From Diplonema japonicum (taxonomy: Eukaryota > Protista > Euglenozoa: Diplonemea), in contig OZ025676.1 of NCBI GenBank assembly GCA_964019335.1, forward strand, positions 372,001 to 436,000: 64,000 nucleotides of DNA, given 5' to 3'. Both the position numbers and the translations under genes were made by a program. How positions within the stretch are numbered: the first letter of the stretch is position 1; each line of letters starts with the position of its first letter. Shown here in pieces: positions 10,412 to 22,200 of this stretch. Under the pieces are notes generated by a model. The model worked only from the letters and a program-made list of their open reading frames with translations, searched no databases and had not been told where the DNA came from.

Positions 10412-11521
10412 TTAGTGCAGTGAAGTTTCAAAACTCCGGAACGTCGGGGGCACCAAGGGATTGGCCTCCGGCGCAGGAGCAAAACTGTAAAGAGAAGGAT
10501 GGACGTGGGAGCAGAGAGAAGGGGAAGCGTTCAAAGACGAACGCTGTATGAGGCGCAGGATGGCAGCAGAAATGACAGGGGCATGCGAATCAGGAAGATC
10601 GTGGGACACATTTTCCAAGACAAGAAGATCGGCATTGGGCAGCGTTGCCTTCGTGTACTCCACAACGCCCTTCAAAGGGACTACTGTGTCCTCCGCTCCG
10701 TGAACAACAAGCATCGGTTTCGATATGTCCCCCACCCCCTTTAGTTTCTCCCTGACCCACTCCTCCCTCCCTTCAAGACACCACTGCGCTCGTTTGCAGC
10801 TTTCCTCATACATCTTCATCGGGCACTTGTTACACCCGGGGATTGATTTCAATATCTGGTAGTACAGGTCAGTCAAGGTGCCCCCTCCGTACGCTGCTCC
10901 AGGCGTTCTTGTGTTCCGTCTGCATTCTGCCAAATACCTTGCTTTGTATATGAGCGCGTCATTGTGGTGGGGACGGTCGTGGCTCGGCTTTGAACAAGGC
11001 GGGACAACGAACAAGTCTTTGCCGACAGGTGTTCCTATCACTGCTACAGTGGTGCACTGCCGTGGGTACAACACGGAAAAGAGACGTGCTATGACACCGC
11101 CTGCACCGAAGCCCACCACATGACATGTCGGGACACAGAGGTGCCACAGCAACGTCGACACGTCCTGTGCCATCGTCTCGGCACTGTACGGACCAAGGGC
11201 TTGTAACATGCGCAGCCCAAGCTTTCTAAAAATCCTATCCCGCAGTGGCTGTGCCTTCTTATACCGTGTGGAGCCTGCAGTGTCTCGTGCGTTGAACCGG
11301 ATCACAGTGCAGCCACTTGAGACCATGTGCCCCGCAAAGGCACCCTCTGCCCACGAGTTGCTTATGCCGACCTGTCCTATGTCCGGCACAAGCAGCACGA
11401 CCATTTCGCTCTTTCCCCAGCACCCTAACACCTGATACTCCAGCTCCACATCCCTTGTGTTAACCACTTTCACCTTGTGCATTGAGCTGGGCACTGACAG
11501 CGTTACTGACCTCCTCTTCAT
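10412..11521 (-). CDS. Alpha/beta-hydrolase fold protein, probably lacking the nucleophile
   Basis: VIRFNARDTAGST, YSAETMAQD, HVVGFGAGG (GxSxG position), PMLVVHGAEDTVVP and SHDLP. The start was chosen at MKRRSV after a pyrimidine tract. Confidence 0.75.
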   Translation of the reverse strand: MKRRSVTLSVPSSMHKVKVVNTRDVELEYQVLGCWGKSEMVVLLVPDIGQVGISNSWAEGAFAGHMVSSGCTVIRFNARDTAGSTRYKKAQPLRDRIFRKLGLRMLQALGPYSAETMAQDVSTLLWHLCVPTCHVVGFGAGGVIARLFSVLYPRQCTTVAVIGTPVGKDLFVVPPCSKPSHDRPHHNDALIYKARYLAECRRNTRTPGAAYGGGTLTDLYYQILKSIPGCNKCPMKMYEESCKRAQWCLEGREEWVREKLKGVGDISKPMLVVHGAEDTVVPLKGVVEYTKATLPNADLLVLENVSHDLPDSHAPVISAAILRLIQRSSLNASPSLCSHVHPSLYSFAPAPEANPLVPPTFRSFETSLH

Positions 11522-11768
11522 GTTGGGCACAGGCCCCGCTGCCCTGAGAAGTTTTGAGAAGAGAACAGAATAACGACAGATACAGTTGGGGGGGAGGGGG
11601 GAGCGAACGGGAGGTACAGGTACAGGTACATGGTGGGTCGAGTACAAAAAAGGCAAGAACGGCAGGAACCCGAGGGAGACAACGACCTTAACCACCAGCC
11701 CTCCTTTTGTTAAATGAGATAAAAAAAAAGAGGAGGAGAAAAGAAAGGGGAGGTGTTGTTTGGTTTCT

Positions 11769-14700
11769 TCAAACTTCTTGAGAATCGCTGCTGCCATGAG
11801 TTTTGCTGCTGATCTTAAAAGCGACAGGGTCAACAGAATGGGAGGAAAGAGGGGGGAGGGGTGCAATGGGCGGGTGGGAAGCAGGGGTTTCCGGAGAGGG
11901 GCGTAGGCGGTGTCGCCAGGAGTGGACAGGTGGCTTTTGAGGAGAGAGTTCTTTGGCGTTATCCTTTTTCCTCTCCCTTTTGTTCTCCGTGCGTTTCCTA
12001 GATGCGTCTCCGGTCCTCTCCCTGTTCTCTTTGTAGAGAATTGACGCCGAGACTGAGCAAATCTTTGCATACAGACCCATTCTTTCATGCATGCTAGGCT
12101 TGTAATCTAAATTTGCTTTTAGGTCTGCCTTCAGCCTGGCCAAAATGGCATCCCCCCATTTTTCTCCTTCAGTACAATCGGTTGTTTTCTTAACCTTTTT
12201 AGGGGACCCTTCGCTCTGCTCGTCGTCGTCTTCAACGGGGCAGCGTTTCCGCTTCTTGACGGCTGTTGTGGTGGGTGTCACTGTCTTCAGTGCCAACACT
12301 TGTTTGATCGGGGTGGTCGCTCGCTGCGGAGGCGGTGCGGGTGACGGTGATCGCTTTCGCGGGGAGACCGTCTCCTTCCTGGGTTTGTAGTTCTGCAGCA
12401 GCCTCTTCGTGTAGTTGATGTTCCGCAGCAGCTTCTTCGCTCTTCCTACCTTCATCGATGCTAGGTCGCCCACAGACACTACGCTGCACGGTGTTCCTGA
12501 TGACGCCTTCCACAAGGCTGTCGGCGGCTGTGTCGCATGTCCAGCATCGCCCTCCATAAGGCAGTATATTGCATCTATGTTCTCGGCAAGTGGCTGGTAG
12601 AGCATCTCGTCCTCGTCCTGTACAGGGGTTTGCTTTTCCCGTTGCGGTTTCTCAGGCAGCTTCAGCTTCAATGGGTCCTTGTCCTTCGCAGCGGGCTTTG
12701 CGTGGACCACGATGTCCCGCTCTTCCCTCTCAGGCGACTCCGAGCGCTTCCTCTTCTTGCTAGGCGGTGCGGGCGACGGTGGCGGGAGGTTCATCATTGT
12801 CACCTTCGACATCATACTTCTCGATGATTTCTTCGGCGTGTGCCTCCCAACATCTCTTGTCGGCACGGGTGGTGTTGAGTACACTGTCTGCGTGTCTTCC
12901 GGAATACAAAGCGGCACCACAGTGGTTTCCTCCGTCTGCGTATCACTGATACCGGGCAGTTTCGTTGTGGACAGTTTTGAAGCCGCCATGATGCTGTCGT
13001 ACAAGGCTGGGGGATATGACAGATCACCCGCTGACTTGTCATTGATGAGTCCTATGGTCTGCTCCCACAAGCGCAGTGCACGGGAACATATGTGTAGTAC
13101 CCCACTGCGGAGCATACCCGAGATCAACGGGGCCATCAGGTTAATGGTCAGCTGCACCTTCGAGAAGGTCTCCCTCTCCTCCGCTACGTTGTTCAGCACG
13201 CTGCCATCGTCACTCTTCACAGCTCGTCCAGAGACAGTCTCCTCGTTCAGCACTGCTATCCATACCCCCAGCTGTGAGGACTCTAACCATGTGCATATCT
13301 CACCTAGTATTTCGTCAACCACTTCGACGATGCCACTGCACCTCAGCTCTAGTTCTGGTTTGCCTTTATTCTCCTTGCAAAGCTTCAGCAATCCCAGCAA
13401 CACGCCAGAGGCCTCAGACACGCTGGTCACACTAAGCAGCATATCTAAGCTAGTACCCCCCATGCCAACCCCCCACCCTTGTCGCACACCATTGCCCACC
13501 AGTGCATGTTTAAGAGTCACTAGGATCCCCTCCACCCACGCAGGGATTTCGTTTCTCAACACCTCACCGTCCAGCGCAGTTGCTGTCAGAGACTTCAACA
13601 GTGCCCTTACAATGCCCATGCACGCGGAGTGCTGTGCTGCTTTGGTGTAGTCGGACAGCCAGCTTTCAGCAGTTTTTTGTGCGATGACAGGCTCCGACTC
13701 GGGGACCAACTCGTCCCTCGGGACGCCCATCTTCATTAGCCACTCTGCGTATATGCTTACAGCAATGTGGGGCACATGTTCCCAACATAGAGCTTGCAAG
13801 CATGCAATACGAGGCCGCACCCCACTGAAGTTCGGGGTTAAGACGCTTTTCGTTGAGAGGTGTGTGTCCTCTGCTACTGGACTCCCTGCTTGGTATCTCT
13901 TCACTGTGTGATACGCTTCTTCTAAGCTGGTTAGGAGTGGTTTAGACTGCTCTGCAATGCTGGCGTCGGGAAGGTGCTCCAGCAGGACTAGTGCTGCGCT
14001 GAGCATGACCTCTAGCACAGGTTCCCAGTGTCTCTTCTTGCTCAACATAGATGTTAGCGTGATTGCCGAATCACGTGGAGGAGACGCTAGAGTCTGCTCG
14101 CCCCCTACAACACCCTCAGTGATGAGGAGATCATCTATTGCCTTCACGAGAACACACCACAGCGTCTTGAACCCTTTCATATTGGACCTTTTATCAGACT
14201 CAGCGGCTTGCTTCAAATGTGTCGTGAAGACTGAGCACCCCCACAACAAGCACTGCAACCGTGCGGTTGGCCTCGAGTTACCAGCAGTGAGGCCCTTCAC
14301 CGCGTGTGTGAGGATACATTCGACTACCACGTCTGATAAGTCAGCAGGTTTCGGAGCATTACGCCACACTGCGTACTCACAGCATGAAATGAACAGCCCT
14401 TTCGCGTATGTCTGGCTTACGTCGCCGTAGTAAAGAGTGAGAGTCGTGTGCGCAAGTGGTGCGAAGGACGTCAGCATGACGCTGACCACTTCGGGCTTCA
14501 GGTGGCCTAGCTTTTCGGGAACGGAAACAATAGCTATGGCAGCACGCTGCAGAAACTCAGGCGGGTGGCTTTCACCAGAGTCGAGCATACCACACAGCAA
14601 CCACCACACTAGACTGATGCCTTCGGCGTACGGGTTGGGAGACGCTAATCCCTTTTCCACCCATATCAGCAGCTCGTCGGCAACGGACGCCACCAAGGAT

Positions 14701-16076
14701 GTCCCGGGCAGCTCTTGCTGCGAGGGGCTAACGAGACTGTCGAAAAGTGGTTTATCACAATCACCAATCAGGTGCATGATATTGCATTGACACTCCTGGT
14801 GGTCCGTCGCTTCCGACACGCAGTTCAGGAACCTTGCAGCACATCGTATCAGCATTTGCAACGGCACACCAGAAGCCTTTCTCGCTTCCTCGGTGACAGG
14901 CAGCAGCACAGTGCAGTACCCCTCGAGGATTTCTTTGAGAAAATTGTCGTAGTCGGAAGCACCTTTGATGCTGGCCACCAATAATGTCACCCACGTGTCG
15001 CATGCCGAGCTGACTAACAAACTATCACCTTCCCACACCTTCCTTCGTGATAAGCTGATAGGCATCTGCAGAATGGCTGCGTGCTTTGTGTACCGTGTGT
15101 CTGTAGTCCAACCATGCACAAGATGGCTCCATGCCGTTAGGGCTTGCTTAAGATGCATCCCCTTCGCGATAACGGAACTGAGACTACCCAACAGAATGTT
15201 GACTTGATCTGCATGTTTACAGCGGTTGTCCTTCAGCGTGCCGTCTAAGCGTGCCTGGATGGCCCACATGACAAGGGCACGCTCCACGGTGAGATCGTCA
15301 TGATCAGTGGAGTTGTTCAAGATGGACTTCATCCAGTCACGGTTGGCCCGTGCGAGGTTAGAGACGAGTTTAGAAAGAGGTGCTGTGCTGTTGGGCGAGA
15401 GAGAGGCAGGGATGCGGTTAAGGACACACCACAAGGCACGGACGATCTCTTCGAGGGAGCTGGTGGTGTGGTCGCACGGTTTTAAGTTGCTGGTTAAGAC
15501 GGAAACAGCCCAGGAAAGCCATGTAGGGATGGTTTTTCGGAGGCGTTGGGAACAAGAAGGATCGTAAAGGAGTTTCGAGAGTGCTTTGACGGCGAAGCGG
15601 ATGAGAGGAGGATCGCAGTCGGCAGTGGCATCCACAGAGGTGATGGACGCCAGGATTTCATCGAAGACTGCCATCTCCGCCTCGTTAGAAGGGTGATCAG
15701 CACCACCACGTAGACCAGGTGCAGAGAGGACTAATGCCGCAGCTGCAGCCGAATCGACGTCGCTCGTTGTCATCGCGTGACTCAAGAACTGCGCTATCTT
15801 CCGCCTCTCCTTCGCAGGCAGCATCGACGCTCCTTCAGACGTCACGATCGAGCACAGCAATTTGATCCCTCTCGCCATCCACGGTCCCTTCCCTTCGCTC
15901 ACTGCCTCACACGCAGCGTCCACCACATCCCCTACACCCTCCCCTGCCAGCACCTTCGGGTCCCCTTCGATCACCCCCCTCACCTTCTTGAACCCGTGCA
16001 CTCTGCTGCTGGTGCTTTGATTGGACTTGATCAGGTGTGCGAGATCTGCCAATCCTACATCGCCTAGATTAACCAT
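11769..16076 (-). CDS. RIF1: Probable RIF1 homolog (HEAT/alpha-solenoid N-terminus, disordered linker, Rif1 C-terminal domain)
   Basis: LMAPLI...ALRLWEQTIG...LSYPPAL resembles the end of the Rif1 HEAT domain. LYQPLAENIDAI...VVSVGDLASM resembles the Rif1 C-terminal VYPPLVNC...IKTIGDLSTL (recalled from memory). Confidence 0.65.
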   Translation of the reverse strand: MVNLGDVGLADLAHLIKSNQSTSSRVHGFKKVRGVIEGDPKVLAGEGVGDVVDAACEAVSEGKGPWMARGIKLLCSIVTSEGASMLPAKERRKIAQFLSHAMTTSDVDSAAAAALVLSAPGLRGGADHPSNEAEMAVFDEILASITSVDATADCDPPLIRFAVKALSKLLYDPSCSQRLRKTIPTWLSWAVSVLTSNLKPCDHTTSSLEEIVRALWCVLNRIPASLSPNSTAPLSKLVSNLARANRDWMKSILNNSTDHDDLTVERALVMWAIQARLDGTLKDNRCKHADQVNILLGSLSSVIAKGMHLKQALTAWSHLVHGWTTDTRYTKHAAILQMPISLSRRKVWEGDSLLVSSACDTWVTLLVASIKGASDYDNFLKEILEGYCTVLLPVTEEARKASGVPLQMLIRCAARFLNCVSEATDHQECQCNIMHLIGDCDKPLFDSLVSPSQQELPGTSLVASVADELLIWVEKGLASPNPYAEGISLVWWLLCGMLDSGESHPPEFLQRAAIAIVSVPEKLGHLKPEVVSVMLTSFAPLAHTTLTLYYGDVSQTYAKGLFISCCEYAVWRNAPKPADLSDVVVECILTHAVKGLTAGNSRPTARLQCLLWGCSVFTTHLKQAAESDKRSNMKGFKTLWCVLVKAIDDLLITEGVVGGEQTLASPPRDSAITLTSMLSKKRHWEPVLEVMLSAALVLLEHLPDASIAEQSKPLLTSLEEAYHTVKRYQAGSPVAEDTHLSTKSVLTPNFSGVRPRIACLQALCWEHVPHIAVSIYAEWLMKMGVPRDELVPESEPVIAQKTAESWLSDYTKAAQHSACMGIVRALLKSLTATALDGEVLRNEIPAWVEGILVTLKHALVGNGVRQGWGVGMGGTSLDMLLSVTSVSEASGVLLGLLKLCKENKGKPELELRCSGIVEVVDEILGEICTWLESSQLGVWIAVLNEETVSGRAVKSDDGSVLNNVAEERETFSKVQLTINLMAPLISGMLRSGVLHICSRALRLWEQTIGLINDKSAGDLSYPPALYDSIMAASKLSTTKLPGISDTQTEETTVVPLCIPEDTQTVYSTPPVPTRDVGRHTPKKSSRSMMSKVTMMNLPPPSPAPPSKKRKRSESPEREERDIVVHAKPAAKDKDPLKLKLPEKPQREKQTPVQDEDEMLYQPLAENIDAIYCLMEGDAGHATQPPTALWKASSGTPCSVVSVGDLASMKVGRAKKLLRNINYTKRLLQNYKPRKETVSPRKRSPSPAPPPQRATTPIKQVLALKTVTPTTTAVKKRKRCPVEDDDEQSEGSPKKVKKTTDCTEGEKWGDAILARLKADLKANLDYKPSMHERMGLYAKICSVSASILYKENRERTGDASRKRTENKRERKKDNAKELSPQKPPVHSWRHRLRPSPETPASHPPIAPLPPLSSHSVDPVAFKISSKTHGSSDSQEV

Positions 16077-16276
16077 CCCGGCGGTGAACCTTTTTTTGGT
16101 TTGTTTTGTGTTTTTTTTTCCCCCCGCGTTTTGAAATTTCAGAAAATAAAAGAACAACTCTCATACTACTTATTTAGCCAACAGACAAAAGAACACAACC
16201 AGTGAAGAAGAGAAAAAGTAGTGTAAAAAAACAAGATACCATGTAAATGGTGCCCTTCTCGTTTGGGGAGGGGGGG

Positions 16277-19200
16277 TTACGTGAATTGCACAGCAGCTTT
16301 CCATCTGGAAACGGCTTCGTTGGGCTTTTCAGGAAGGGGGTTATCGGGGGGTGGGGAGGTGGGGGCGGTTTTGGGAGAAGGTTCTGAACCAGAGTCACCT
16401 TCGATGTGGTAGGCGTACCGCTTGACGCCTTCTGTCCTGGTGGGATCGAAGATGGGGAGGTCGTCGAGGTTCACGACACGCTCGATTTGTTCTAAGTCAC
16501 GCTGCGCCAAGTACTCGTCCATTTCCCTGTCTTCGGGAGGTGCGGGTAGGCCTTCATTGTAGTTGTCAGTTTCCCATTCGGGGCCACCCTTCGTTCCTGT
16601 CATGAAATCCCTCGTCCTCTGGTGAGCTTTCTTCAGTATACCCACAGTCGCGCCTTGCCCGTATTTGCTTCCCTTTGCTAAACTCTTCCGCTTTGACTTC
16701 CGCCTCAAAAACAACTTACTAGCGAACGTATCGTGTGCTCTTTGATTCTCGGCTCTCCTTGCTTCTCTTTGCCTGTAACACTTCCTCCCCATCCACGCCA
16801 AGCTTAGCAAAATCGACGCACCAATCACCCCTCCAACGATTGTGAAAGCCAGCCCCACATCGGTACTTGGGGTCACCTTGTTCGAAATGAAGATGTCAAC
16901 CTGCGGAGGGATCACGTAGCTGTTGTCAAAGGGCGCTGTCGTGTCGTTGATGAACACAGGGGTGGCAGGGACGACTTCTTGGACAAAGGCGAGCGCGAAC
17001 ATGCTGAAATGGGTCACAGGGCACCCATACGACGTGCCAATAAACCCGGCAGGCACTATGGCAACGTCAAGGTGCGAAGCTGGCGCCAGCAAGCCAATAC
17101 CTGCTTCGGGACCCCAGATCCATTGCGATCTTTCCCAATACACGCAGTTGTACGACCGTGCGTAGTTGATGTCGTTGCTTAAGGAGAACATCAGCGTGGC
17201 AATCGGTGTGCTTGTGTTAGTCGGGTCGGACACACCTGTCGTCTGCTTCGTGACGGCGTTCCTTGCTTGGAGGTTGATGATTTCGGATTCAAGGAGAATA
17301 TTAACTGTGATTCCCGCCTCAGTGACGAAGGTGAATGACCTGTCGCTGCCTGGCTCATACGCAGCCATCACCAACTCTTCCCCAAGTGCGTTGTACTTAT
17401 GATGCGTGAACACCACAATATCGTTCAGCCCATAGTTAGTGACCGCCGTGGTACTGGGGACCACCTTCACAGAGACAGATGACACCGTGAAGTCGCTTGT
17501 CACCTTCTCGAGCAAGGATTCCAAAAACATCAGCCGCGTGGCCAGTGCTGGGATCTTCACGATGTTGCCGATCAACACCATTGCCGCGGCCTCCGAGATT
17601 TCATTGGCGCTCAGCTCGCCTTCGATCAGCTGCTTTGCTATCTCGAACAGAAATTCAGCCCGTGCACCATATGTCACATAGTCCAGGTTCACGACACCCA
17701 CGGCAACAACCCTCGGGCAGGAAACTGCCCTCGTCGGATACACAGACGTCTCGTACAGCACCATCACAGAGCTCAACATGGTGGTCTTCAAGACACCTGT
17801 CTCGTTACTACTCAATACGTCATCAAGGTACGAGGTGAAGGCGTAGTGCATCTCATCCCAAGGCCATGTCTCGACGCCGTACCTCTGCGGTACGGTGAGC
17901 ATCACATCAAGGGTCTCAATGGGACTTAGTGCAGCAGTCCCCCGCAAGAACGCCAAAGCATCAGAATCGCTGAGTCTGAATACTGTTTTCGTGTCAGGCA
18001 GTTCAAGCGACGCCAAGGCTCCGTTCCCTGAGCCGGCGAAAATGCTGACACGCAATGTTGTGTTCGTCCCTGCAGAACAGGGAAGAGCGGGTATGCGGAA
18101 GGTGACAGTGGGGTTGCTGTGGTACGGCGACAGCCCGTTGAAGATGGGCGTTGTAACGCTTCCTATTGTGACCTGGAACTTGTAGGTGAAGGGTGGCACA
18201 TTGCTGATCCACAACCCGGCATCAATTGTCAGATACGTGCGCAGCTCGTACAGCTTGTTGCAGGACGGGTCGTCTGGGCAGTGGAACTTAACCGAGGCAG
18301 AATCCTTATACCTCGGTGCTTCAAGAATCTCCATAGTGAAGCTGTCCGATGAAGCCACTGAGATGCCCAACGACAGTTCTGCCGTTATCTTGTAAGAACA
18401 CGTGTGCAGAATGGTATCGGCAGCTGAGTATGTGCTGTCCGCACACGCAAACATATTACCTTTCAGCTGGACGGTCAACGAGTTCTCGTCACTTGTCCCA
18501 AATAACCCAGAAGGATACGACGACCACCGGAGTAGTTGCCCGGTAGGTACATTCATCGCCCCGTTGATGAGCGCCCCCAAAGTCAAGTCCACACCCTGCT
18601 GGTGGGTGGTAGGGCGATTGTTGATCTTTACTTGGCTCTGGATAGTTACCGAAGGATCCCTCACATCACACGACCCAGTCCTGTAAGGCACTGTGCACTG
18701 GCAGGTTCCCTCCGACGAGCATAACCCGTGACCAGTACATGTCACTTCAGGGATACACTGTTTACCACAGTTGGCAGAATACCAGTTACTGGAGCATTGA
18801 CATGTAGGTTGACCCGCGTCTAGAGTGCAGTAGCCGTGCCCTGAGCAGTCGCACACAAGAGAAGTGCACCATTTGCCTGTCAAACCTACCGAGCAGGTTG
18901 AGGGAGTTTCTACGTTACACGACTCGCCGTGCCATCCTGTGTGGCAGGCACATTCACTTTGTGCTGTGCACAGTCCATGGCCACTGCACTCCCACAGATG
19001 AGGGCACATCGCAATTTCGGAACAGCTTGGTCCCGTGTACCCTGCCCTGCACCTGCAACCCACGGCCGTTCCGTCGTACTCACAGCGGCCATTTGTGCAG
19101 GTGACACCACACAACGGTGTACTGCAAGCAGTGTCAGTCCAAAATTCATCGCATATACAGCGCTCCACCTGGGCGTCCATGGTGCATCGGCCATGTCCAG

Positions 19201-22200
19201 AGCACCTGTTGAGGTGTCCGCACAGTTCGCTTTGCAGAGCCTCAAGATCAAAGACAGATCCCTCTTGATTCCCTGAATACATCTCGCTGCTGTTCGTATC
19301 GGTGGTCACTGCTGTGCAGTATCTCGACGCATTCAGTTGCATAGGACACTCACAAGACCCGTCTAAGTTGCACGCACCGTTGAACCTGCAGGGGTTGGAA
19401 TGGCAGTACCTGGTGCTGATCATGAACTCGTTGTATACGACTGCCGTGTCATTCATCACCAAGTCATCACTGCTGCAGGGTACATAGAACGGATGTGGGG
19501 TTCCTTCGCAAGAAGAACTCCCTACCAGCTCTGTGGGAGCGTAATTGTGCGATATCGGAAGATAGAGGATGGGACGTCCCAGTGTGTAGACAGGGAGCTC
19601 TGACTTGGTCACCATCCACGTCTCCCCGTAGTAGTGGTAGTCTGTCCATGTATTCTTCAAGTGTGTACCGTCGTGCTTGATGCCGTTGATGTCGTTGGCA
19701 ACGTCACCGTCTAGAAAACCCATCATGCCGTCTACACGTGAGAAGTAAGGCAGGCTGATCGACAGGTCGACGTTGAAGAAGTGCACGTTAAGAGGGCTGC
19801 TCCACACGACGCCCACTTTCACCTTCATTGTGGTCCCCAGATGAAGGAAGAATGTTGCGTCATGGAAGGTAGTGACTGAGTATATAGTGACACCCGGCCA
19901 CTGTGCGAACTGCCACGAATAGTCTCCAGAGCCAAAAGGCTCGCCATTCACATGTACGGAGACGAGGCCCCTTCCAAGGAGGCATTTAGGGCCACCAACA
20001 ATGCAAACCTCGTCTTGGTTCTTGCTCCAAATGTCGACTTTGTCAGATCCAAGCCGTATCGTCACGGCATCAATAGTGGATACGCCATACCGCTGGTGGT
20101 ACGTCTTGTGTACTTGCACACTGAACGTATCGCTCTGCCAGATGCCTGTCACAAGCTGGTAAGCACCGTCACCGTAATGCTTGTAAATGAGCCCATCCCA
20201 CGTAGTGATGTGGCCCAGCCCGAACGCACTCGCACTTCTCCACACAGGCACTTCGCATGCCACCCCCTTCCATTGAGGTCTGCACTTACAGCTTGCTACG
20301 CCTGATGTGTCCTTTACGCACACCCCGTTCCCTTTGCAATTGTCGCGACATTCTGGTATTTTACAGATCCCAACAGAGTCCTGCAGCCATCCGTCAAAGC
20401 ACACGCACCCAGAAGCCACGCGGATGCCGTTCCCGCACCCTACTTCTTCGACAGGCACACATCTGCATGCCTTGCTGCGTATCTTTTGATGTGCTGAAAA
20501 AGTGATCAGTGCTGACTGATAGAGCTTCTTTGCGGAAATTTCTTCCACCTCGTAGATGAACTGCTGCACACCGACAAATGCGGCGCACCGGAAGATGCTT
20601 GTGATGCAATGCACAAAATTGGTGTTGCACATTGCAACGCTGGCTGTGCAGTTAGAGTAGCATCGCAGTGCTTGTGAGCAGCATGCCCAAGTCTCGGTGG
20701 TGGTCCAATGAGCACATTGTGGGAGTCTGTAAGTCCCTGCTGCAACAAGAGCGGCTTCTTGTTGCGGAGATGTCGGAAAACCCAAAACTACAGGTAGCAG
20801 CCTGGACTTCATAGGGCAGGGCGGAGTGGGGTGCAATACTGGGAATGCCTCTTGTAAGGTGGACCCGACGTTCAGTTGGCATGGGTGTAACAGAATACTG
20901 GCTATAGAACCCTGCACACAGGTGGACGTAGTCTGAGTGAGGAGACGCCAGAGGCTGTCCCTCTGGTGGTTCGTGCAGGATGCGGAGCAGCCACACGCAG
21001 CACGTGCGTTCTCATAAACCTTGACATGGATAGGTACCATGTGATTGACGTACCAGTCAACGGTCTCTTGTACCTTGTCTTGATTGTACAAAAGCTCGCT
21101 GGTCTTACAGCACACGTCGCCTGTGTTGCAGCAGCCCTGTTGCACGCTTAGCTTTTGGTCGAAAGAGATGTACTTTGCTTTCATGGCAGTTGCTTCTGCC
21201 GCTAATGCTTCAGACACGACTGCAGTATCGTCGAACTGCTGCCACATGCTCTCCTGCAGGCATGTGGTACTTATGTCCCGCTTAAGAGACGCTTCAAGCT
21301 CGCATGCACAAACATAGTTGTTTATAAGGGCGGTGGGCATCCATTGCCATCGCACCCACTCTTCGCCGCATTGAATGCCTACATCTGGCGTCACAGTGTG
21401 CGTCGCAAGTCTAAGAGATAGTGATACGGTGCTCGTTTCCATTTGTGTAGCCGTAGCTGTTCCAACTTGCAATAGCGACCTCTGCTGCTGCATATGCAGC
21501 ACAAAGTCCTCCATTGATTCAGGAATAGTCCGCATGCATGCACCGCACTCCGCAGCGTCCTGTATGCACAGCCGGCTACAGTTCAAGAAGTTCACAGTGG
21601 GAAGTTCATCATCCTTTATAGGAATGTAGTTGGTGAAGCCAACAAAACACTCTGTTGTCTTGAACCACCTTGCGTCAGCAGAGCAAGGATGGGGCTTTAA
21701 CCCAGGTGAGTATGGCCCCGTGTAGTCGCCTGGGTAGCACTCGTTGGATAAAGCGCACCAACCGCAACCATCAGCATGAATGCATTCACTGCACGTCTTG
21801 TGAATTCCGCAAGGGGACGTTTCGCAATTAATCCCTGTCCAACCGCTTTGGCATTCGCAGACATTTGGGAGAGTGCACACACCATGTCCGTAGCAGGTAG
21901 CACCACCGCTGCACCACGGGCTGGTGCAGTCTATTCCTCCCCACCCTGCATCGCATGTGCACTTCCTCTGCTGTCTGCTGCACACTCCATTTTCACATGG
22001 GTATGGGCACAACGCTACGTACACATCAAGACCAGGTTGCGGAGCGGAGTAGCAGGACACCTTTTCGCACGTGGTGTACCCGGGCCCAATGCACTCACTT
22101 AAACAAGCGGCAGATGTGTTGCAACCCTTCGTGTAAAACCCAGGATAGCACACACAAACTTCAGGGAGTTTGCAGACACCTTTGCTGTTGCAGTTGTTGG

